Origin: a virus
IMG/VR virus record: IMGVR_UViG_3300025141_000029
Coordinates: 64,001-128,000 of that record
Length of the DNA stretch: 64,000 nt
Direction: 5' to 3' (one strand)
Positions 48,801 to 58,087 of this stretch are shown here, one piece after another (within the stretch, counting starts at the first letter, position 1; every line of letters starts with the position of its first letter). Under the pieces are notes generated by a model. That model was not told the DNA's origin, did not search any database, and was given only the letters and a program-made list of their open reading frames with translations. Position numbers and translations under genes: made by a program.

Positions 48801-51193
48801 ATAAGATAATCAGTCAAGTTAAGACGAAACAAAACTTTTGTATATACGGCTTCCGCTGTTTCAACGTCTTTTTTAAAATCTCCTAGGCCTTTGAAAAAAC
48901 TATCAGTACCAGAATCATTTTTGGCCTCAACCGCCGCTTTACTTTTTGTTTCTTCTACCGCGGGTGGCTTTTCTCGGTCTTTCTTCTCTTTCTTGGCTGT
49001 CGTGGCAGTTTTTACTGCTGGCTTAGGCTCCGGTACTTCTTCTGCCACTGTCGAGGGATCGGCGCTCGCCGTATCTTTTTCCTCTTTTTTACTCGCGTGA
49101 AGCGTCGGGCGCCCATATAAAGTATAAGCAACAACCCAATTAATACCATGAAGGTTTGAGTTTGCCGGGGCATCTTTTGTTTGATTAATTTTATCGGCTG
49201 TAATATAATAAGAGGTTGTTCTTCTATCAGCAAATACATCAACCACCTCCTTCAAACATCTAACTCCTCTTAATAGGGGCTCAACTTTTCGGTCTCCGCC
49301 GGCCTCGGGCTCTTGTTCAATGGTGGCATATAAATAATGTTTATAGTCACGCGTGCACGCAATGATTATTTTATCATCTTTACCTTTTCTAAATTCTCTA
49401 TCATTTAATGTTAAAAATTTTGTTATTTGAGTGACAAATGTATCTAATCGCTTGGTTACTTGAGAAATAGCAGAGGCGTCGATACCCTTGACATCGCCAT
49501 CATATTCATTTATACGTCTTTTAAAAACTTGTAAATCTTGTTTTAATGTTTGAATTCGTTTCTCTACTTTATTAGTTTCTATTACGATAGAACCCAAGCC
49601 GTCGCTGTCGACGACTATATCTTCATATGCGTCGCGAGCAATTTCTTCCCACTGAGCATGAGTTAATATTTCTGTTGGCTTTAAATAGTCGGCATCTAAG
49701 TTGGTTTGAGGTACGCGCACCAAAGCCTTTACAAGTTCATCTTCACGGGCTGGATCCGAATAGAAGGTTCCACCATTCCAAGCGCCCAATTCGGGATCTT
49801 TCACGTACTCATCCAGTTCAGCAGCAAGCATATTTCTGTAATTAGGTAAATTAACCAAGCCGTAATAATCGCACAATGCCTCTATACCATCATCACCGCA
49901 CAAATCACCCCATTCTTCATCCGTGTTGTATTCTAGCGTCACCCAATATTCATTTTTTTGTCTATTAAGAAAAGGTTCACATTTTGTTTTTTTTCGCCAA
50001 TCAGGAACAGTTACAGATGGTTCTGGTTCGGGTACTGTTACGCGAGGGGCGCCCTTAAATCGATTACAATATTCCTCAAGAGAATAAGGATTAAATTCTA
50101 TTAAAACACGAGTATCAATATAGCCTTCATTGATTTTCTCTGCGTCATCGTTTAAAACATGGACATATGCCCAATGAGCCCCTTGACCAGTATAGCGAAG
50201 AATAACTACTTGTGTATAAGATTCTAATTCTGTTTTTGGTGCTCCGGAGAAAAGAGTTTGAGCTGCGTTAAACGTTGAGTCGGTTTTGGTATCGTCGGTA
50301 ATTTCATCAGTCGCATCAGACTTAATATAGTCCTCGCGCAAAAGTGCCACTGTATCTGAATTAGTAAATTTCTTTACAAAATGGGATCCCACTTGATTTG
50401 GCGGGCCGGGATCTGGAGCCGCCGGTTGAGCTAAATTAACGCGCTCAATAACAGCATTGACGATCGGACTAGTCTCGGCAGTTGGTACTATAATAGTAGT
50501 TTCACCGCCCTCTAGATCACTAATTACTTTAGTTCGAGTCTGATCAATTGCAAAAACATGAGGGTATCTATTTGTAAAGGCCCAAAAATCCAAATAAGAA
50601 ACAACAGCCTCTACAGCCCCTGTATACAGAGTGGTTTCAAGAGCAAGATAGGACTGAGACTGGTCTTGGCCTTTTATATATCTATCAAAATCAACTTGGA
50701 TAAATTGATTATAAATTGAGGAACCGATAACATCTCTTAATACATTTTCACTGGCGCTTCCATTTTTAATAGCCTCCGCAACATTATAAAAAATCGCAAA
50801 CATGCCCAAGCCACTTACTTGCGACGGAACTGCCCCGCCAGATATACTTTCAAGTTTTTTCCACAAGATAAAATCAAAATTACTAGTATTTTTAATTTCT
50901 CCTGAATCACACTCAACCTTCATAGGAGGAGCAATCCAAACATCATGAAATGCTGAACCATGGAAAGTGGGGCTTCCATATTCTTCGGTGCTTACAGTTG
51001 AAAGATCGAGTTCGGTCCAAAGCGCATTAAGTGAAAAATCTCCGTCGCCGGCTGTATTATATATTTGTTTCTTCTGCGTCCAAGCAGAAACTGTGGTCGC
51101 GTGCGGATCTCCATTGTGTGTGATATAAGAATTTAAATTTTGTATCTTTTTTTTATCAAATAAAATCAGATCTTTTAATTTTAATAATGCCAT
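42899..51193 (-). CDS. Giant acidic hypothetical virion protein (2764 aa)
   Basis: Uninterrupted ORF between spike-like and gp25 genes; possible SH3b-like segment (WAYVHV...EGYID). Confidence 0.55.
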   Translation of the reverse strand: MALLKLKDLILFDKKKIQNLNSYITHNGDPHATTVSAWTQKKQIYNTAGDGDFSLNALWTELDLSTVSTEEYGSPTFHGSAFHDVWIAPPMKVECDSGEIKNTSNFDFILWKKLESISGGAVPSQVSGLGMFAIFYNVAEAIKNGSASENVLRDVIGSSIYNQFIQVDFDRYIKGQDQSQSYLALETTLYTGAVEAVVSYLDFWAFTNRYPHVFAIDQTRTKVISDLEGGETTIIVPTAETSPIVNAVIERVNLAQPAAPDPGPPNQVGSHFVKKFTNSDTVALLREDYIKSDATDEITDDTKTDSTFNAAQTLFSGAPKTELESYTQVVILRYTGQGAHWAYVHVLNDDAEKINEGYIDTRVLIEFNPYSLEEYCNRFKGAPRVTVPEPEPSVTVPDWRKKTKCEPFLNRQKNEYWVTLEYNTDEEWGDLCGDDGIEALCDYYGLVNLPNYRNMLAAELDEYVKDPELGAWNGGTFYSDPAREDELVKALVRVPQTNLDADYLKPTEILTHAQWEEIARDAYEDIVVDSDGLGSIVIETNKVEKRIQTLKQDLQVFKRRINEYDGDVKGIDASAISQVTKRLDTFVTQITKFLTLNDREFRKGKDDKIIIACTRDYKHYLYATIEQEPEAGGDRKVEPLLRGVRCLKEVVDVFADRRTTSYYITADKINQTKDAPANSNLHGINWVVAYTLYGRPTLHASKKEEKDTASADPSTVAEEVPEPKPAVKTATTAKKEKKDREKPPAVEETKSKAAVEAKNDSGTDSFFKGLGDFKKDVETAEAVYTKVLFRLNLTDYLMRAAACLANELPSIDAIGAAVMGFLKSMAPEDLVTFLTGVYTHAAIVEQLGQDVADALDEAFSEAIAKECEKVALENDSKSILSANLAPPSDLMINPTPDGVEVDDQTPTGTSEPFAVTPPAGMSETSTSMLEGIHETLYREPHMASAAGDLQCAANLTPENWKSISLEVLKKYDEYGIIDFFPNLLEKVSNDIKEWLVENTDPEQWPEELQAIYIVLLPILPELDMVLELVNRVASGEELQDAVTSQIMDAPAFGLVGQEYSDDPLAPTDEAIEQMLKELVTELLISVVKSLLETLLAECEGLDLASALDQTAEFIPGQSQQVLGPITLLTDKEILAFGEDSADSGIRSNLPGTIDLSDIFPDTSNFEQDLGGIVENLNPNVPITWDVIEQLKLLLDYLSQVLKPTEICSLLSYAATDQTLKIVLKIINAKTQFSIIRLFIQTTDNVAKYFALLGQYVNNTFCETALKDLSLVTMLCEKAISQDFYCKVLKQKGFSEEQCESLLAQEKEALKGQLEKLELILSYPTISDYFQSLVPTDPCAPGSPISALINDPYINAALENCIDLAINLVSQQFDTEMMGIKTIFIKDNIIPYGGEYPRYPEVGRDYQDMWNGQGELVGDDGRGNESAVFFDSDGVPQPENFPRQDKIIKEVVPELYSNVTTDNTSETLKKGIVSLKPSSEGDKFVKTLYSTTNIAMDKIGRNVSSLYYDPASVLNQIEKLFGTPQQLEGDVVDIEKHELAEEYQWVGAQIFSDIFVDAFSGKNGEYSIAHWRVQVKYAELEPLYLIRNVFHEHPELAGMDTDETGGIWIESTNPKLVIAPEHELYDPNSPTANTYYYNDIVDAIAQTEMEVTVYNESLWKIENQLPILLGEYVDMTNHNNELDKIQNSNIFSGQENTTNTLVEMHFPKYSFILEKEAEQHANPITLDYNKFTVWTKGSINDQGISEVSELNFDVNDTLESNEAHQFMKTLTTPAFRNINQPAEGDGLYIGDGTITIPQYAFTKLLSYSLVDFVGVHGTRGKLESNIASMHQYLLLERQQRVFNNVSDSSLFDVNNFSKILFAPKSQWAQDSMLCDNSELDFSALRKSLLNPDDIKALVDEYYKKIACDAYKTGPVAVADPVNEAIKFAMVLLYMRLCISEFIVRGIMFFSRHSAESTILDSDLFLSMVVNRMDEGSDIFAPGFMTDAYDTSYNFLKRRINEKVTVEFLSNEFYYDFSNNVDERRFTNFKQKRFNLADLILLTASPINPVALVKIAEGVGFDVDGDADAFSALEVYTRLESKLKNISLKYLINENIISMAPSISQKVLDENSNQLTTLASNRLHDLPTKLFSLEDIRNHDKKGVAGLTDVKEVEGFYDFQLGDPGGDPPSGVFNFTFQNIGNMWLDVAQEEELANQHGFDSKNINFDPYFFAENQASNAIEQSCFHKLGVQYPYLYDVEVLTDLGMATKNGGLILQRFIKVRMNNSAEAIEKIDNISGGTGGQQQAWVNKFLESINADDLSDANKTGDLYISYKAFDFGLRDISSSFAQFENSGGSRSDVSLSDIFSSIKYGTRLVYVLPHAPVNDFIKNTDDPDSFPSMDNGHPYTSPGSKNFRATSRSSDIEGSIHNLITTSMEKDISNKERIFTNRAYEIREMLPVAHGTFSTAHGGEGHLSTEVAEDIESHAKYLKSIYVIPIPDAHAERELPGLSMINFDDDFLKDHIDLLNLADADPYLVRLGITSENLVHETMNMPLSLLMNRFAMPNKDFLNFALLHVMYFPYRAGFNFDKLFKSCKKIVAKTHGAASIPRDEYADPSSGPGDENYNDRLDQSLSMGLDGELWYEFIKELIPKWIFRHALPQVDPCMKKAFEIQEEHKLNDDKLPLIVAGIRPTPIFPPGMPFFGDLSTPITIAGMAYMTMNLLTGVEGAHQQESTGTTTPDGTTTVPGTGGTAVNTGPENPCDPSTGGSYEVDAQTAADIEEANENE

Positions 51194-51202
51194 TTTTATA
51201 TC

Positions 51203-52120
51203 CTAGTTTAGGTAATGCCATGGAGAGTTAATATAGGTTCTATTCGCTTCACCCATTTTTCTTCCAGATGGCTCAAGATAATTTGTATTCCAAACGTTTA
51301 GATTGTATTTTTGTGTTGCCAATGATCTAAGAGATCTTGATTGCATATTGGTATATTCTTGCATCCATGAACTCCATGAATCAAATGGCATCATAGTGGG
51401 CATGCCGGGGAAGATTGTCATATGAAAATGAAACATTGTCGAAATATTAAATTGTGATTGATATTGAATAAAGCCGGCCATTATACCATTTAATTTTCTA
51501 ATTTCTTTATTAAGCTCTCTTAGGGCTTTTACTAAATTATCGCCCTTGACCATTCGTTGCATATCGCTGGCATCATTGCCACCAATTAAATCAACTCCAT
51601 AATGAGTATTTGCAGATTTACCTGTTGATAATTTTTTGTCTGTGCCTGTTACTATCTTAATTCCTTGTCTGGAAATAAAACGAAGATTGTCTGCTTTTAA
51701 AGCGATCGCAGATTTTGATTTGGGTTTTCCGGCCGGGCTGTTGGCGATTTTGAAATTATCATCCACCTGAGTGGCCTGAGATATATATATCGTCGCAGCA
51801 TCTTTAAGAAGATCTGGATCCGCCCATAATTTGTTGCCGGTCTTATCTATATCGCCTGTCTGCGGTGAGGGGCCGGCGACAAGACGTATTGTTGCGCAAC
51901 TTTCTCTACCTTTGCCGCCTAGGCCGCTTTCCATATCAGCTGGGCGGTCGCGACCGAGAACGATCCAACTATTATTTTCCCCAGCAATAACTTTTTCACA
52001 CGGTGCAGCGAGATATTGTGGAAAACCTTCATACTTATGGCCACTATAAATGCCAGTTGGTGCGCCGCGGTCGTTAGCAGCATCCTTCTTTGGGCCGGTC
52101 TGGTTCTTGGGTTCAGCCAC
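51203..52120 (-). CDS. Baseplate spike/gp5 C-terminal-like protein
   Basis: NSWIVLGRDR, IALKADNLRFISRQGIKIVT, VKGDNL and HFH metal-tip motif; precedes gp25 region. Confidence 0.5.
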   Translation of the reverse strand: MAEPKNQTGPKKDAANDRGAPTGIYSGHKYEGFPQYLAAPCEKVIAGENNSWIVLGRDRPADMESGLGGKGRESCATIRLVAGPSPQTGDIDKTGNKLWADPDLLKDAATIYISQATQVDDNFKIANSPAGKPKSKSAIALKADNLRFISRQGIKIVTGTDKKLSTGKSANTHYGVDLIGGNDASDMQRMVKGDNLVKALRELNKEIRKLNGIMAGFIQYQSQFNISTMFHFHMTIFPGMPTMMPFDSWSSWMQEYTNMQSRSLRSLATQKYNLNVWNTNYLEPSGRKMGEANRTYINSPWHYLN

Positions 52121-52126
52121 TAAAGT

Positions 52127-53476
52127 CTAAATCCCCCCGGCCGGCGTGTGATACTGATGGAGAAAAGTTACGAGATTAGAAAGTACTGGCCTCTTGGTAT
52201 GGAGCCCACTCTTATTCCTTACGCACACACTTTCGGCCGCTCGTATTGTTGTATCGAATGCTTCTCTATGGCTCACGCTATACATAATTCTCATATATAA
52301 ATAATGTTCATAAAATAATCCATCAGTATGGGTACTCGTACCAGAGTGCGCATGAGATGTTAAGCCGCCGCCATTTGATGTAGTAAAATCACCCGGGATC
52401 GTCCCGGGATCGGCCATGCCAACAGAAGTATCATAAACACCTAAATATTTCTTGGCGGTCGCGACCTTGAAAGATCCCCAGTAGAACCCGGGTTTTCTAC
52501 CATAATCGGATTTATCTCCAGTAATTTGTTCTGATAATAAAACTCCTGGAAATCTTGGTGGTATCGAATAGTGTTCCATTAAAGCTATCACAAAATTATA
52601 AAGTTGTATCATTTGGTTCTCGGGTGGTAAAATCCAATTTTTTTTGCCTCCGGTCCATTTTTTAGGGGTTCGAAGGTCATTGGTTTCCCATTCTGTAGTG
52701 CCGGTTGACGGTATTGTTTTAAGGCCGGCGTAGTCCTTCTTCTCTTCTTCAGAAGCCAAAACATATCCGGCACCATAAGCAGGATCGTGAATATTTTCCC
52801 ATTTGTCAGGAGGAATCCATTTGTTACCTTGGTTATAAGTAGAAAATCTATTCTGTACCTCAACTGCGATTGAGGATTCATTTCGACCGGGACAATGATC
52901 GAGCAGATCATCATCATAGGCATGATATTCAATAGTACCATCTCTATCAACAGTATAGTGTACACCCAGACATGCTGCAGTTAAACTTTCCATAGTTTTT
53001 TTAACTGTCCACGTCATTGGCTCATGTAATAATATCAAGTTCACTGAAGATGGCCCCCCCAATCCAATTCCGGCGCGCTTCTTTTGATATGAAACACAAG
53101 GGGTGCCTTTTTTAAGAGCTATTTTTGGCGATGTCACGGCTGTAAATAAATTCTTCGTCGTGTTGGGATAATTCGAATCTTTTAGACTAAATTCTTGTTT
53201 TCGTCTTTCTCCCTGGCGTTCAACACACTTCGCGATGTAATAATCTATACCAGAAACCGATCCTGCTAAATCTGATAGTCCTTGCGGGGGTACTCGACAC
53301 CCTTGTCTTGTAAAAATTTCCGCGCCGTGCTCGCCGACAGCATCTTTTTTGTTCACGCCTTGCCTCTGTGCCGAGCCCACGCCTTCGAGCGCGCCGCCTG
53401 GCTTTTTGAGATTGGCCAAGCTGTCTTTCGCCTGGCCGGGTCCGGCGCCAGATGATTTATTACCATTTTCGGCCAT
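52127..53476 (-). CDS. N-acetylmuramoyl-L-alanine amidase (Amidase_2) domain protein
   Basis: ILLHE, GVHYTVDRDGTI, HCPGRNESSIAVEV and distal SHAH. Confidence 0.75.
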   Translation of the reverse strand: MAENGNKSSGAGPGQAKDSLANLKKPGGALEGVGSAQRQGVNKKDAVGEHGAEIFTRQGCRVPPQGLSDLAGSVSGIDYYIAKCVERQGERRKQEFSLKDSNYPNTTKNLFTAVTSPKIALKKGTPCVSYQKKRAGIGLGGPSSVNLILLHEPMTWTVKKTMESLTAACLGVHYTVDRDGTIEYHAYDDDLLDHCPGRNESSIAVEVQNRFSTYNQGNKWIPPDKWENIHDPAYGAGYVLASEEEKKDYAGLKTIPSTGTTEWETNDLRTPKKWTGGKKNWILPPENQMIQLYNFVIALMEHYSIPPRFPGVLLSEQITGDKSDYGRKPGFYWGSFKVATAKKYLGVYDTSVGMADPGTIPGDFTTSNGGGLTSHAHSGTSTHTDGLFYEHYLYMRIMYSVSHREAFDTTIRAAESVCVRNKSGLHTKRPVLSNLVTFLHQYHTPAGGI

Positions 53477-56202
53477 TAAGCTCCCCCCTCGGCTGCAGCT
53501 GCATATTGTTTACAAAGTTCTAAAATACGATCCTTGTTCTCTTGTACAATTTGTTCTTGAGCAGTTTTGATTTGTTCTTGGACAACCTCAGTGGTAACTG
53601 GAGTTTCGGACGGTGGAACAGTAACATGTTCTGGTGGTGGATGAGCTTCCCAAAACTCTACTTCAGCGGCCCGGGCTTCGTCGGTCGCGCCGGCGGCAGT
53701 TAAAAATCCATTAGTAGCATTTTTTAATTCTCTTGCTGTCCAATATCCAGTTCCATCACTCTTCGGTGTGAACGGCATTGGGATATCCCATTCTCCAGTC
53801 TTATTATAAATTTTGGGCTTGAGTCCAAGAATGCGCCAGAAATCTGGTCCTGTTCTTCCCCATCCTTCGTTTGCGCCTGGGGGTAAAAATATATTTGTCT
53901 TAGTTACGCCTCGAAAGTAATTCGCATGATCGGCCTCAACTCTAAGAAATCTTTTATATTCTGTAACAATACCTGTTAAATATTGCTCTACACCAAACAT
54001 TTTTATAATATTTTTATCATATTCACTGGCACGGGCCATTCGGCCGGTTGTCGAATCGACGTTATTTAAATGCTCATATCTTACCGCCAAATCGCCAAGC
54101 TCTTTTAAAACACTCCATCTTTTTTCTGCCCATGGAATCCTCTCATACTTATCTTTTTCATCAGAATATACACGTGAGGAGGTCGGACCGCCCACTATAC
54201 TACTATCATTTTCGTCTGATTTTGGCCAGGGGCCCCAAAGAGTTGCCATGGCCCCTCCCTCTGATGACGCTCCGTCTCCATACGCATCATTAGAAAAAAT
54301 AGCACCAGCCATTTGACGCATACCGGCCGGCCTTACATCACCTATTTCAGGCTTAATAGGCTGTGGAGAAAACCTGGTTCCCGGCGCAAAACCCGTACTT
54401 AGTCCAGGTATTATATATTTAAAACCTAATGTTTTAAGTATATTAGCTTGATGTACGGGGGCTGGAAAAAGAGCGACCTGATCCTGCCATGCCTCAGATG
54501 CCGCAGTATAAGATTCGCAAGCTTCTGGATCAATAGTCTCACCGGTTTCATCTTCAGCACAAGCCGCTTGTTCTGACTCCCAATCCGATCCAACCCAAAA
54601 TCCAGTTTCTGGATTCCAAGTTGCTGCGTTTTCGAGTTCTCCATAAAGTTCAGGATGTCCACTAAATTTATGAATTACAAAGTCAGCTGCCAACGGACCG
54701 GTCGCTAACATGGCCCATGGTATTTTTTCGATTCCTGATATTCCCTGTAGAAGTGGCTTAGGTTGATTTGGCCCCGATGGTATGGCTTTATCAGGAAATC
54801 CAAATTCTGCAACCGAAATGCCAATTGATAAGCCGGCCGCTTTGGCTGCTCCATGAATCTTTTGCCAAAAATCTGTTAAAGTAACGGCATCAGAATCGGT
54901 CATTGCCCACACATCTCCTATGCCATCTTGAAGTTCGCCTTTCATGAACCATTTTGGGGGGCCCCCAATAGCATGAGCTGGAAATTCAGCATTAGTGGCG
55001 CGCTCTATACATCCCGCGCCGGTCGCCTGATTACAACCATATACAGAATCATTCTCAACCCATCCCTCGACATATTTTGTTGTGGGCGAGTGTGTAGTCA
55101 TTTCAACTACTATACCAATTACACCAGTCTTAGTGTCACCAGCTTTAGCTTTGGTATCGTATGCCTTTGCGCGGGCTATTATTGTTGATGCATACTCATC
55201 AATCAGCGCGTTCCACTCTTTGATGGACATCTTTTGGGTGAGGATGAGGTTGGGAGAGCGAACCATCATATAAGTTCGAACACCATTTTGATGATATTTT
55301 TTAATCCATTTTCCAACATTGGTAGCTGTCACGGCCTTTTGAGCTGCTCTATCAACGGGTGCCATGACAGACACACTTCTATTATTGTCCTTATGATAAT
55401 CTGGTATATCAACCCCCCTAAAGCATATCCAACTTAATTTAGCGTCTTGCATGGCGCTAAGAGGGTGGGTTTTTAGAGTTGGTGTATCGATACCAGTAAA
55501 AATCCCTTTGCCGGCCGGTAGGGCGCCCTTGGAGCCGCTAATATCTAATACCACTGGTACTAAATTGGCCTGTTCAGCGTGGTGTTGTATTGTCTCAACA
55601 CCCAGAGCTTCGCCCCAGGGACCCTGGGCACAAAAAGAACATTCTAATTTTTTAAATTCTCGTAGACCTCCCCGCTTAACTCCTGGTTCGACGGCGCCGG
55701 CGAGAAAAGGACTCAAATATATGCCTCCTGTAAAATCCTTTCTGTTTCGATAATCAACCCAAACAATATCACCAGGCTTTGGGGGCGGATCTTTCCAAGA
55801 TTCGGCTGCTTCAAAATCTGGAAATACACTTATTGCTGTTAGGTCGCCGCCTCGCCCGTGCTCATCAGGTATGCTCTTGGGTATTGGTCTGGGATCTACT
55901 TCTGGAACAAGAACTTTGATTATTTGATGATGTACCTTGGCACTTTGTCCATGAACTAGGTCTTTTGAGTCACGAGTCGGCGAACGAACAGGATCATTAC
56001 CTCCTTCCACAACCATATCTTTCACCCATAAAACAATCCCCTTAAAACGACCGACATTTTTTAATAATTCTTTTTTGTATCTTTCATCAATTATTGCGCG
56101 CATGGCGCCTATTCCAGTTGTCGTTGGAGTGCGTACGGGGCCGGCATTCGATCCAATATTGTCTCTGTTCAAGGCTCCGTTGACAGCATCTGTTAGTTTC
56201 AT
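53476..56202 (-). CDS. Baseplate hub/gp5 OB-fold-like protein with possible glycoside-hydrolase-like domain
   Basis: IKVLVPE...PKPGDIVWVDY OB-fold-like motif, then GKGIF...LSWIC...NGVRTY alpha/beta segment. Confidence 0.4.
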   Translation of the reverse strand: MKLTDAVNGALNRDNIGSNAGPVRTPTTTGIGAMRAIIDERYKKELLKNVGRFKGIVLWVKDMVVEGGNDPVRSPTRDSKDLVHGQSAKVHHQIIKVLVPEVDPRPIPKSIPDEHGRGGDLTAISVFPDFEAAESWKDPPPKPGDIVWVDYRNRKDFTGGIYLSPFLAGAVEPGVKRGGLREFKKLECSFCAQGPWGEALGVETIQHHAEQANLVPVVLDISGSKGALPAGKGIFTGIDTPTLKTHPLSAMQDAKLSWICFRGVDIPDYHKDNNRSVSVMAPVDRAAQKAVTATNVGKWIKKYHQNGVRTYMMVRSPNLILTQKMSIKEWNALIDEYASTIIARAKAYDTKAKAGDTKTGVIGIVVEMTTHSPTTKYVEGWVENDSVYGCNQATGAGCIERATNAEFPAHAIGGPPKWFMKGELQDGIGDVWAMTDSDAVTLTDFWQKIHGAAKAAGLSIGISVAEFGFPDKAIPSGPNQPKPLLQGISGIEKIPWAMLATGPLAADFVIHKFSGHPELYGELENAATWNPETGFWVGSDWESEQAACAEDETGETIDPEACESYTAASEAWQDQVALFPAPVHQANILKTLGFKYIIPGLSTGFAPGTRFSPQPIKPEIGDVRPAGMRQMAGAIFSNDAYGDGASSEGGAMATLWGPWPKSDENDSSIVGGPTSSRVYSDEKDKYERIPWAEKRWSVLKELGDLAVRYEHLNNVDSTTGRMARASEYDKNIIKMFGVEQYLTGIVTEYKRFLRVEADHANYFRGVTKTNIFLPPGANEGWGRTGPDFWRILGLKPKIYNKTGEWDIPMPFTPKSDGTGYWTARELKNATNGFLTAAGATDEARAAEVEFWEAHPPPEHVTVPPSETPVTTEVVQEQIKTAQEQIVQENKDRILELCKQYAAAAEGGA

Positions 56203-56224
56203 ATTACTATTCTGCTCCCTTCAT

Positions 56225-56536
56225 CTAAGATTCATCCTCGGCACTATTAATTAAATCATATAGTTCTTCTTTATCTATAGCAGTTAATTCCTGGGATATG
56301 GAACTCTTTTTAAATAAGAGAGCGTTAAGCTTCACTAATTGTTCGTTAGATCTCTGTAGTGTTTCTAGATATTTAGCGGCCACTGGCCCTGTTTCTTTAT
56401 GTTCATGTTTGTTTGTTTTAATATGATTTACCAAATCAATCAAAAGAGTGGAAGCAACGGCGCGGTCTTGCCGAATATTGTCCAAAGATTCTTCAATTAA
56501 AGAATCGAGACTATTGTTGGGTTTTTGCTTGCTCAC
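56225..56536 (-). CDS. Hypothetical helical protein
   Basis: 103-aa ORF directly after the sigma factor. Confidence 0.65.
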   Translation of the reverse strand: MSKQKPNNSLDSLIEESLDNIRQDRAVASTLLIDLVNHIKTNKHEHKETGPVAAKYLETLQRSNEQLVKLNALLFKKSSISQELTAIDKEELYDLINSAEDES

Positions 56537-57253
56537 TCAAATTTCACCTTCATCCCATTTTGTTTTAAAGTCTCGATACCGGCTTCGCATTTTATTAAGA
56601 TTATTAACAACTTGCTTGGTATTAAGACCTGTTATTTCTCGAATATATAGATAAATAGCTTTTTTATTAAAAATTTCAATATCATCAACACTTTCAAAAA
56701 GAATTTTAATGGCCTCTAAAACACGACGTTCGTTATCTTTGAGATTTAAATTATCCCAATTGTTAATTTCATTTTTTAACAAAGACATAAATTCTCTTTT
56801 TTGACGTTCTTTTTCATATTGATTTTCGACAATCAAAACTTCATGAGCCTCAATTCTGCCGGCGGCGGCCAAATCTTCATAACATATTTCTCTTCTTAGG
56901 CTTTTAGAGTTCTTCTTGACTTTATGAATGAACCAATTTTTGGTTATAACGCTAAAATATGAAAAGGCTTTGGATTTTCGGCCGGGGTCATATTTGTCTA
57001 AAATTGTAGTGAGCCAGATTTTACAATCATCTTTTAAATAATCAATATTTGGAAGATTTGTAAATTTATATGTGTATACAATCTTGTCAACTAATTCATT
57101 AAAAGCAGGCCCTATTAAATTTATATAAAGATCAGTTCGTATTTTATTACACTCTGTTGATGCGTATTTCACAATTGCGTCTTCATGTACCTTTGTAAAA
57201 TATAAATTTTTCTTTCTTTTTTTAGTTTTCTTTGGCGGGGGCACGGGTATCAT
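56537..57253 (-). CDS. Late-transcription sigma factor (T4 gp55-like)
   Basis: NLYFTK, LDKYDPGRKSKAFSYFSVITKNWFI region 2; C-terminal HTH IREITGLNTKQVVNNL. Confidence 0.75.
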   Translation of the reverse strand: MIPVPPPKKTKKRKKNLYFTKVHEDAIVKYASTECNKIRTDLYINLIGPAFNELVDKIVYTYKFTNLPNIDYLKDDCKIWLTTILDKYDPGRKSKAFSYFSVITKNWFIHKVKKNSKSLRREICYEDLAAAGRIEAHEVLIVENQYEKERQKREFMSLLKNEINNWDNLNLKDNERRVLEAIKILFESVDDIEIFNKKAIYLYIREITGLNTKQVVNNLNKMRSRYRDFKTKWDEGEI

Positions 57254-57629
57254 CTATTTCTTGTTCCTTTTCGTCTTCATATTCATATTCTTCATCCATT
57301 TCTGAAAAATATTCTTCCTCAAATTCATAAAAACCTTGGATCAATTCTTTTGAATGGTTAATCAAGCTTTCTAACGTCTCATCCCCATAAAACATTTCAA
57401 GCTCATATATTTGTGATAAGTGAGTTGAAAATATTTCTATTTTTGGTAGCAGACTATTAAAATGATTTTGGATTCTTGTTCCTTCGTCCAACAAAAATCT
57501 TATATATCCAAGCGCTAATATATTAAATAGCACCAGCATAAACAACAGAAAAGGCATCAAGCCAAATAAATATATCAGAAGGAAAGAATTAAGTATTAAA
57601 GAGCTAATCAGAAATATTTTCATCATCAT
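57222..57629 (-). CDS. Membrane protein with acidic tail
   Basis: Two N-terminal hydrophobic helices; YELEMFYGDETL. Confidence 0.6.
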   Translation of the reverse strand: MMMKIFLISSLILNSFLLIYLFGLMPFLLFMLVLFNILALGYIRFLLDEGTRIQNHFNSLLPKIEIFSTHLSQIYELEMFYGDETLESLINHSKELIQGFYEFEEEYFSEMDEEYEYEDEKEQEIDDTRAPAKEN

Positions 57630-57885
57630 TATGATTTTTCCTTTGTAAATCTTCTTTATAATCTTTCAAAACATCGCGATTGGCTTCTATAAATTGTTTA
57701 GTCAATTCTCCAACTTTTTTATTTGAATTTGATACTTCTTGTTTTTTAATAAAAATTTTATTAATTTCACGTACCAATGTATTTTCTGCTTTGCAGAGAG
57801 GACAATCATTTAATTTTTCTTTTATCCTATGAAAAGCTTTGAATGAGTGTGTACATTCATCACATCGATAACTATATTTAGGCAC
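57604..57885 (-). CDS. FmdB-family zinc-ribbon protein
   Basis: MPKYSYRCDEC...CPLC. Confidence 0.75.
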   Translation of the reverse strand: MPKYSYRCDECTHSFKAFHRIKEKLNDCPLCKAENTLVREINKIFIKKQEVSNSNKKVGELTKQFIEANRDVLKDYKEDLQRKNHNDDENISD

Positions 57886-58086
57886 TTATTCTGAGCCGTT
57901 GTCTATAGGATATTCCTCATCATCACTAAATTTGACCAAGGGAGGATTCATAACAAATAATTCCCCCTCATCTCCAACTTTAAAATCAAAACCTTTTAAA
58001 ACTGGAACAATATCGCTCTGCTCCATTAGTGATTTTTGTAGTGCCATCATAACTGCGCCGAGCGCTTCATCTGAAAATTTTAACAT
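57886..58086 (-). CDS. Small hypothetical protein
   Basis: AGGAG RBS; 66 aa. Confidence 0.7.
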   Translation of the reverse strand: MLKFSDEALGAVMMALQKSLMEQSDIVPVLKGFDFKVGDEGELFVMNPPLVKFSDDEEYPIDNGSE

Positions 58087-58087
58087 C

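Noticed and set aside
42899-51193. Tape measure protein or virion RNA polymerase call for the 2764-aa ORF
   Set aside because: No DxDGD catalytic motif in a polymerase context (FDVDGDAD is isolated and unsupported) and no tape-measure periodicity; left as hypothetical pending HHpred
22124-56202. Diversity-generating retroelement or invertible tail-fibre cassette
   Set aside because: No reverse transcriptase, invertase, TR/VR pair or flanking inverted repeats were visible by eye
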